This document shows, one piece after another, positions 58,557-64,000 of a stretch of DNA of 64,000 bases. The stretch comes from Bacillota bacterium (GTDB taxonomy: Bacteria; Bacillota; Clostridia; Peptostreptococcales; Anaerovoracaceae): assembly GCA_017432345.1 (NCBI GenBank), contig JAFRJI010000014.1, positions 48,820-112,819 on the forward strand. The letters run 5' to 3'. The position numbers and the translations under genes were made by a program. The stretch's first letter is position 1. Every line of letters starts with the position of its first letter. The notes below the pieces were generated by a model. That model was not told where the DNA came from. It saw only the letters and a list, made by a program, of their open reading frames with translations, and did not search any database.

Positions 58557-60101
58557 CTATTCCATTTCTACCGTTCCCGGTGGTTTGCTTGTCAAATCGT
58601 AAAATACCCGGTTCACATGATCGACTTCGTTGACGATCCTGGTCATGACCCGCTGCAAAACGCTCCATGGGATTTCAGAAGCCTGCGCCGTCATGAAGTC
58701 GCTGGTCTCTACCGCACGCAGGACGATCGCGTAGTCATACGTTCTGAAGTCACCCATGACTCCTACCGTCCGCATATTTGTCAATGCCGCAAAGTACTGG
58801 CTGATCGATCCCACCAATCCCGCCTTCGCGATTTCCTCCCGGTAAATAGCGTCCGCATCCTGCACGATCCGCACCTTCTCTTCGGTGATTTCCCCGATGA
58901 TCCGCACGCCCAGTCCCGGTCCCGGGAATGGCTGGCGGCTGACCAGTTCTTCCGGCAGACCGAGTTCCCGGCCAAGCTGGCGGACCTCATCCTTGAACAG
59001 CATTCTGAGAGGTTCCAGGATCTCTTTGAAATCTACATTGTCCGGAAGGCCGCCCACGTTGTGGTGGGATTTTATGACGGCGGATTTACCGAGTCCGCTT
59101 TCGATCACGTCGGGATATATGGTTCCCTGCGCCAGGTATTCATGCTGACCGATTTCCCTCGTTGTCTCTTCAAAGACCCGGATGAACTCCTCTCCGATGA
59201 CTTTGCGCTTCGCCTCTGGTTCCGTGATGCCGGCCAGTTTGCTGTAGTACCGCTGTTTCGCGTCAACCAGCACAAAATTCAAGTTGAACTGACCGCCTTC
59301 GCCAAAGATCGACGCTACCTGGGCCGCCTCGTTCTTCCGCAGCAATCCGTGATCCACAAAGACGCAGGTCAGTTGATTGCCGATCGCTCTGGAAAGCAGC
59401 GCTGCCGCAACGGAGGAATCCACGCCGCCGGACAAGGCCAGCAGCACGCGGCCGTCCCCCACTTTGTCGCGGAGCTGTTCGATCTGCTCACGCGCGTACG
59501 AATCCATCTTCCAATCCTGCGTGCAGCCGCAGACGTCCAACACGAACCGCTGAAGAAAATCGAATCCATGCTGCGTATGATTGACCTCCGGATGGAACTG
59601 CACCGCATAAAAGCCCTTCTCTCTGTTCTCCATCCCTGCCACCGGACAATCCTCCGTGTGGGCTGTGATCACGAACCCTTCAGGGGGCTTGCTGATATAG
59701 TCTGTATGGCTCATCCAGCAAATGTTTACATCATCTGCTGCCGCCAAAAGTCCATTCTTATCGTCGATGACCACTTCTGTGCGTCCATATTCGCTGACGG
59801 GCGCGGAATCGATCCTGCCGCCCAACCGGTACGCCATGAGCTGTGCACCGTAACAGATTCCCAGGATCGGCACTCCCAGATCGAACACTCCGTCATCGAT
59901 CGACGGTGCCCCTTCTCCGTAAGCGCTTTGCGGCCCGCCGGTAAAGATGATGCCTTTAGGGTCAAACGCCTTGATATCCTCCAGATCCATCTGCTCATAC
60001 CCGTGCACTTCCGAATAAACGCCGCACTCACGCACCCTGCGTGCGATCAGCTGGTTATATTGTCCACCGAAATCCAATATGAGGATCCTGTTTTCTGACA
60101 T
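58557..60101 (-). CDS. guaA: GMP synthase (glutamine-hydrolysing)
   Basis: GICYGAQ, QFHPEV, SGGVDS, IKSHHNVGG, KPPGTVE. Confidence 0.97.
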   Translation of the reverse strand: MSENRILILDFGGQYNQLIARRVRECGVYSEVHGYEQMDLEDIKAFDPKGIIFTGGPQSAYGEGAPSIDDGVFDLGVPILGICYGAQLMAYRLGGRIDSAPVSEYGRTEVVIDDKNGLLAAADDVNICWMSHTDYISKPPEGFVITAHTEDCPVAGMENREKGFYAVQFHPEVNHTQHGFDFLQRFVLDVCGCTQDWKMDSYAREQIEQLRDKVGDGRVLLALSGGVDSSVAAALLSRAIGNQLTCVFVDHGLLRKNEAAQVASIFGEGGQFNLNFVLVDAKQRYYSKLAGITEPEAKRKVIGEEFIRVFEETTREIGQHEYLAQGTIYPDVIESGLGKSAVIKSHHNVGGLPDNVDFKEILEPLRMLFKDEVRQLGRELGLPEELVSRQPFPGPGLGVRIIGEITEEKVRIVQDADAIYREEIAKAGLVGSISQYFAALTNMRTVGVMGDFRTYDYAIVLRAVETSDFMTAQASEIPWSVLQRVMTRIVNEVDHVNRVFYDLTSKPPGTVEME

Positions 60102-60120
60102 ATACTATGCCTCCTTATGT

Positions 60121-61011
60121 TTATGCTTTTTCTCCGTCCACCATTCCCCGGACGTAATCGATGAAACGCTGCTCGATCGTCGGCAAAGGATGCCCCTTGA
60201 GCCACACGAACAGGTACTCCAGTTTTTTGTCTTTTCCTGCGATTTCCTTGAAGGCCAGCGATTCATTCGGGATATACGCTGTCCTGGGATAAATGCTGAT
60301 TCCGACCATTCTGCCGGCCAGTGCGGCCGCATTCAGATAGCTGTCCATTTCACAGACGATTCTCGGCTCCGCGCCGTTTGCTGCGAACCATTTATAAATC
60401 GTCTCAATCAAAGCCTTCCTGCTCGGCACGATCAGATTCTCGCCGACCAGATCTGAAACCGATATTTCTTTTCCTTTTCGTTTCGCGAGCGGGTGATCCC
60501 TGCTCATGAGAGCCGCCATCCGATCCTCTCCTACGCAAAAGCTATGCAGCAGAGAGTTATCACATGGTGCTGTGATCACCGCGAGGCTGATGAGTCCGCC
60601 CCGCAGCTTTTCAAGCAGATCATCTGTACTGCCATTCAAAATGCGCAGACGTATATTTGGATATTCACCCAAAAATCCCGCGAACCACTCCGCCGCAATG
60701 TCCGGTACCATTCCTTCAACAAGGCCGATGGAAATCGTCCCGCTCATACCTTTTCCCATAGACAGGACTTCTGAATAAGTCTTATCGGAAAGGTTCAGGA
60801 TCTCCTTCGCCCTCCTGTACAGAAGCTGTCCGGTCTCGGTAAGAATCAGCTGACGTCCTCCCCTGATGAAAAGATCTGTTTCCAGTTCTTTCTCCAATCC
60901 TCTGATTTGCGCGCTCAGCGGCGGCTGACTCATATGCAGTTTTTCCGCCGCCCTTGTGATGTTCAGTTCTTCTGCGACGGTCACGAAGTAACGCAAAGTT
61001 CTCAAATCCAT
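60121..61011 (-). CDS. LysR family transcriptional regulator
   Basis: LRYFVTVAEELNITRAAEKLHMSQPPLS HTH; AAGGAG SD before MDLRT. Confidence 0.94.
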   Translation of the reverse strand: MDLRTLRYFVTVAEELNITRAAEKLHMSQPPLSAQIRGLEKELETDLFIRGGRQLILTETGQLLYRRAKEILNLSDKTYSEVLSMGKGMSGTISIGLVEGMVPDIAAEWFAGFLGEYPNIRLRILNGSTDDLLEKLRGGLISLAVITAPCDNSLLHSFCVGEDRMAALMSRDHPLAKRKGKEISVSDLVGENLIVPSRKALIETIYKWFAANGAEPRIVCEMDSYLNAAALAGRMVGISIYPRTAYIPNESLAFKEIAGKDKKLEYLFVWLKGHPLPTIEQRFIDYVRGMVDGEKA

Positions 61012-61028
61012 CGGTGTTCTCCTTGCCA

Positions 61029-61073
61029 ATATACAAAACGTATTACGACATGACCATTATATCATTTTTGTAT
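61029..61073. promoter_or_regulatory. Two LysR-type ATA-N9-TAT boxes around an internal extended -10 promoter
   Basis: ATATACAAAACGTAT (61029-43), ATATCATTTTTGTAT (61059-73); minus-strand TGA-TATAAT at 61056-61064. Confidence 0.55.
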
Positions 61074-61074
61074 A

Positions 61075-62361
61075 TCAACTGCGAACAACAATACGGTCCC
61101 TTTCCGGTCCGACGGATATGTACTGCACGCGGCAGCCCATCGCATGTTCGATCATGTTGATATAGTTCTGCGCCTGCTCCGGAAGGTCCTCCCACCTTCT
61201 GGCTCCGGAAATGTCACAGTGCCAGCCATCGATGTATTCGATGACGGGCTCCGCCCGGTCGAGCAGTGCAGGGAACGGGAACTGGTCTGTTTCCTGTCCA
61301 TCTACTCTGTAACGGACACAGACCGGGATTTTTTCCATATAACTGAGGACATCCATCTTGGTCACCGCAAGACTTGTCACGGTCTGGAGTTGCGCACCGT
61401 ATTTCGTCGCGACCAGATCCAGCGGGCCCACTCTGCGTGGACGGCCTGTCTTGGCGCCGTATTCCGCGCCGGCTTCCCGCAGCAGGTCTGCCTCGTGACC
61501 TGTCATCTCACAGACGAACGGTCCTTCTCCCACGCAGGTCGAGTAGGCCTTGATCACGCCGATCACATCGGTCATTTCAATAGCTGGCGCACCGCATCCG
61601 ATCGGGGCGTACTTCGCCAAGGTCGTGGAAGAGGTCGTATAAGGCCAGATGCCGTAATCGATGTCCCGGAGTGCGCCAAGCTGCGCCTCGAACAAAATGT
61701 TCTTGCCGCTTTCCTGTGCATCCATTAAGAACCGTCCGGCATCGCAAAGGAACGGTTTGATTGGATCACAATATTTCTCGATCCAGTCTTCTATCATGCC
61801 CCATGTGTAACCTTCCGCACCATATACTTTCGTGATGATCAGATTCTTCCATTCGAGAATATCCGTGAGATGCGCTTTTAGTAATTCTGGATGTAGCAGC
61901 TCCCCGGCAAGGACTGTCTTCTTCTGATATTTGTCGGAATAGAACGGGGCGATGCCCTGCTTTGTTGATCCGTATTTCTTATCGGCCAACCGTGCTTCTT
62001 CCAGCTCGTCCAGTTTTCTGTGCCAAGGCATCAATAGAGATGCCCTCTCGCTGATTTTCAGATTCTCAGGTGTGATTTCAACGTCTTCCACCCTGACTTC
62101 TTCGATTTCTTTCCACAGATTTTCCGGGTCCAGCGCCACGCCGCCTCCGAGAATGTTGACGACGCCGCTGCGCAGCACGCCGGAGGGAAGCATATGCAGT
62201 GCAAATTTTCCCTTCTCATTGATGACAGTATGGCCGGCATTTCCTCCGCCTTGATAACGCACAACGATGTCGTAGCGTTCTGTCAGCAAATCGACCATTC
62301 TTCCTTTTCCTTCATCTCCCCAGTTGACACCAACTACTCCGCAGTTGCCCACTTGTTCCAA
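61075..62361 (-). CDS. purA: Adenylosuccinate synthetase
   Basis: WGDEGKG, GGNAGHT, EYGAKTGRPRR, SVGPER; TTG start after GGAGG. Confidence 0.95.
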   Translation of the reverse strand: MEQVGNCGVVGVNWGDEGKGRMVDLLTERYDIVVRYQGGGNAGHTVINEKGKFALHMLPSGVLRSGVVNILGGGVALDPENLWKEIEEVRVEDVEITPENLKISERASLLMPWHRKLDELEEARLADKKYGSTKQGIAPFYSDKYQKKTVLAGELLHPELLKAHLTDILEWKNLIITKVYGAEGYTWGMIEDWIEKYCDPIKPFLCDAGRFLMDAQESGKNILFEAQLGALRDIDYGIWPYTTSSTTLAKYAPIGCGAPAIEMTDVIGVIKAYSTCVGEGPFVCEMTGHEADLLREAGAEYGAKTGRPRRVGPLDLVATKYGAQLQTVTSLAVTKMDVLSYMEKIPVCVRYRVDGQETDQFPFPALLDRAEPVIEYIDGWHCDISGARRWEDLPEQAQNYINMIEHAMGCRVQYISVGPERDRIVVRS

Positions 62362-62514
62362 CCTCCGTTTCTACTATTACAATATATTTGTGGTTAATAC
62401 TCCCACCATCCGGGTGGGACGTTATCCATCTTGTTGTTTTTTCTATAACACTTCTACAGAAGTAGGATACCTTGTTCGAAGAACCATTTGAACTATATAT
62501 ATTATTGTATGTGT

Positions 62515-62531
62515 CATATGTTTTTCGTATG
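62515..62531. promoter_or_regulatory. LysR-type box between divergent purA and purB
   Basis: CATATGTTTTTCGTATG, centred about 65 bp upstream of the start site expected from TGG-TACAAT (62573-62581). Confidence 0.5.
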
Positions 62532-62608
62532 GCCCATCCAGCCTGCATCTTGTATGCTTCCTGCGGGTGATATGGTACAATAATGTGGTAAAAAGAAGGA
62601 GAATAATC

Positions 62609-64000
62609 ATGAATGACAGATATGAATCGCCTTTGTCCTCGCGCTATGCGTCCGACTATATGCTGCATCTGTTCTCAGCTGATATGAAATTTCAGACCTG
62701 GAGGCGGCTTTGGACAGCACTCGCCAGAGAAGAGATGCGTCTGGGACTTCCAATCACCGAGGAACAGGTGGCCGAACTTGAGGCACACATTACAGACATC
62801 GATTATGAGTGTGTCCGGCAGCGGGAAAAGGAAGTCCGCCATGATGTCATGGCGCATGTGTACGCGTACGGCAAGGTGGCGCCATCCGCAGCAGGCATCA
62901 TTCATCTGGGTGCCACGAGCTGCTATGTGACCGATAATACCGATCTGATCCTATACAGGGATGCCCTTCAATATATCCGCGGAGAACTGCTCAGTGTCAT
63001 TGCGAATCTGGCTGCTTTCGCCGATCAGTACAAAGGCATGCCTGCCCTTGGTTACACGCATTATCAGCCGGCTCAACTGGTCACGATCGGCAAACGGGCG
63101 ACGCTGTGGATCCAGGATCTGGTCGCTGACGTAGAAGAAATCGACTTCGTGCTGGAGAACATGAAGTTTCTTGGCTGCCGGGGAACTACGGGAACCGAGG
63201 CAAGCTTCATGGATCTGTTCGAAGGCGACGAAGAGAAGATCGATGAAATGAACCGCGCGATCGCTGCCCGGTTCGGTTTCACGCAGTGCTTTGATGTCTG
63301 CGGGCAGACGTATCCGCGGAAAGCGGACTCCAGAATTTTGCATGCGTTGTCTGCCGTTGCACAAAGCTGCTACCGCATGGCGAATGACATCCGGCTGCTG
63401 CAGCATGACCGTCAGGTGGAAGAACCGTTTGAAAAGAACCAGATTGGATCGTCGGCTATGGCGTACAAGCGCAACCCGATGCGGTCTGAGAGAATTTGCT
63501 CTCTCGCGCGGTATCTCATGGCAGATGCTGCGAATGCACCCGCTACCGCGTCTGTCCAGTGGATGGAGCGGACGTTGGACGACTCTGCCAACCGCCGCAT
63601 ATCCATGCCGGAGGGATTCCTCTGCGCGGACGCTATCCTGCGTCTGGCCAGCAACGTTACGAACGGCCTGCATGTCAACGAAAAGATGGTCGCTAAAACG
63701 GTCAACGAGTTTCTGCCTTTCATGGCGACAGAGAATCTTCTCATGGAGGCGGTCAAGAGAGGCGGCAACCGGCAGGAGCTTCACGAGATCATACGCAGAT
63801 GTTCCATGGAAGCGACCGCGAAGATGAAGGACGGGGAAGGCTGTGATCTGCTTGACCGGCTTGCAGCCGAAGAGCAGTTCAATCTGACGGAAGAAGATAT
63901 TAAAGAAATCATGCAGCCGAAGCTGTACATCGGCAGGTGTATCGGACAGGTCGAGCGTTTTCTCGCTAAGATCAGTCCGCTCATCGAAGGCGTTGTGCAG
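62609..64000 (+). CDS. purB: Adenylosuccinate lyase; runs off the window end
   Basis: Not in ORF track (no stop in window). MNDRYESPLSSRYAS..., RHDVMAH, IHLGATS, THYQPA, GSSAMAYKRNP; AAGGAG SD. Confidence 0.96.
   Translation, partial: MNDRYESPLSSRYASDYMLHLFSADMKFQTWRRLWTALAREEMRLGLPITEEQVAELEAHITDIDYECVRQREKEVRHDVMAHVYAYGKVAPSAAGIIHLGATSCYVTDNTDLILYRDALQYIRGELLSVIANLAAFADQYKGMPALGYTHYQPAQLVTIGKRATLWIQDLVADVEEIDFVLENMKFLGCRGTTGTEASFMDLFEGDEEKIDEMNRAIAARFGFTQCFDVCGQTYPRKADSRILHALSAVAQSCYRMANDIRLLQHDRQVEEPFEKNQIGSSAMAYKRNPMRSERICSLARYLMADAANAPATASVQWMERTLDDSANRRISMPEGFLCADAILRLASNVTNGLHVNEKMVAKTVNEFLPFMATENLLMEAVKRGGNRQELHEIIRRCSMEATAKMKDGEGCDLLDRLAAEEQFNLTEEDIKEIMQPKLYIGRCIGQVERFLAKISPLIEGVVQ

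Noticed and set aside
58617-60098. 493-aa plus-strand ORF
   Set aside because: Antisense shadow of guaA
62362-62500. Purine/ZTP riboswitch or PurR boxes in the purA leader
   Set aside because: Only short hairpins (TCCCACC/GGTGGGA, ACTTCT/AGAAGT); conserved aptamer cores are absent and the CGAA-like sites are too weak to call

Overview
Ordinary-looking core chromosome of an anaerobic Firmicute (Clostridia; the gene content suggests an amino-acid-fermenting gut/rumen lineage, which is inference). Gene density is very high and coding GC is roughly 55% by eye. No rRNA, tRNA, CRISPR array, transposase or prophage was seen. Main blocks: acyl-CoA ligase/thioesterase; a large divergent glycogen cluster (glgP-glgA-gap-pfk and glgB-C-D-GH13-pgm, plus malQ); a panG-like/panB/panC operon; a CoA-transferase facing a PAS-AAA+-HTH regulator; an aspartokinase homologue under a lysine riboswitch; a trimeric [FeFe]-hydrogenase hydCBA; many transporters; proBA; a lower-GC Ni/Co ECF islet with a CsoR/RcnR-family regulator; and malic enzyme-guaA-LysR-purA opposite purB. 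Most notable: two apparent pseudo-enzymes within 5 kb (an aspartokinase homologue lacking most catalytic motifs but still riboswitch-controlled, and an enhancer-binding protein with a degenerate ATPase), a structured candidate regulatory leader on the pan operon, a terminator-like hairpin inside the hydrogenase leader, and shared LysR boxes suggesting a LysR-controlled purA/purB/guaA module. All calls come from manual reading and motif recall; no searches were run.
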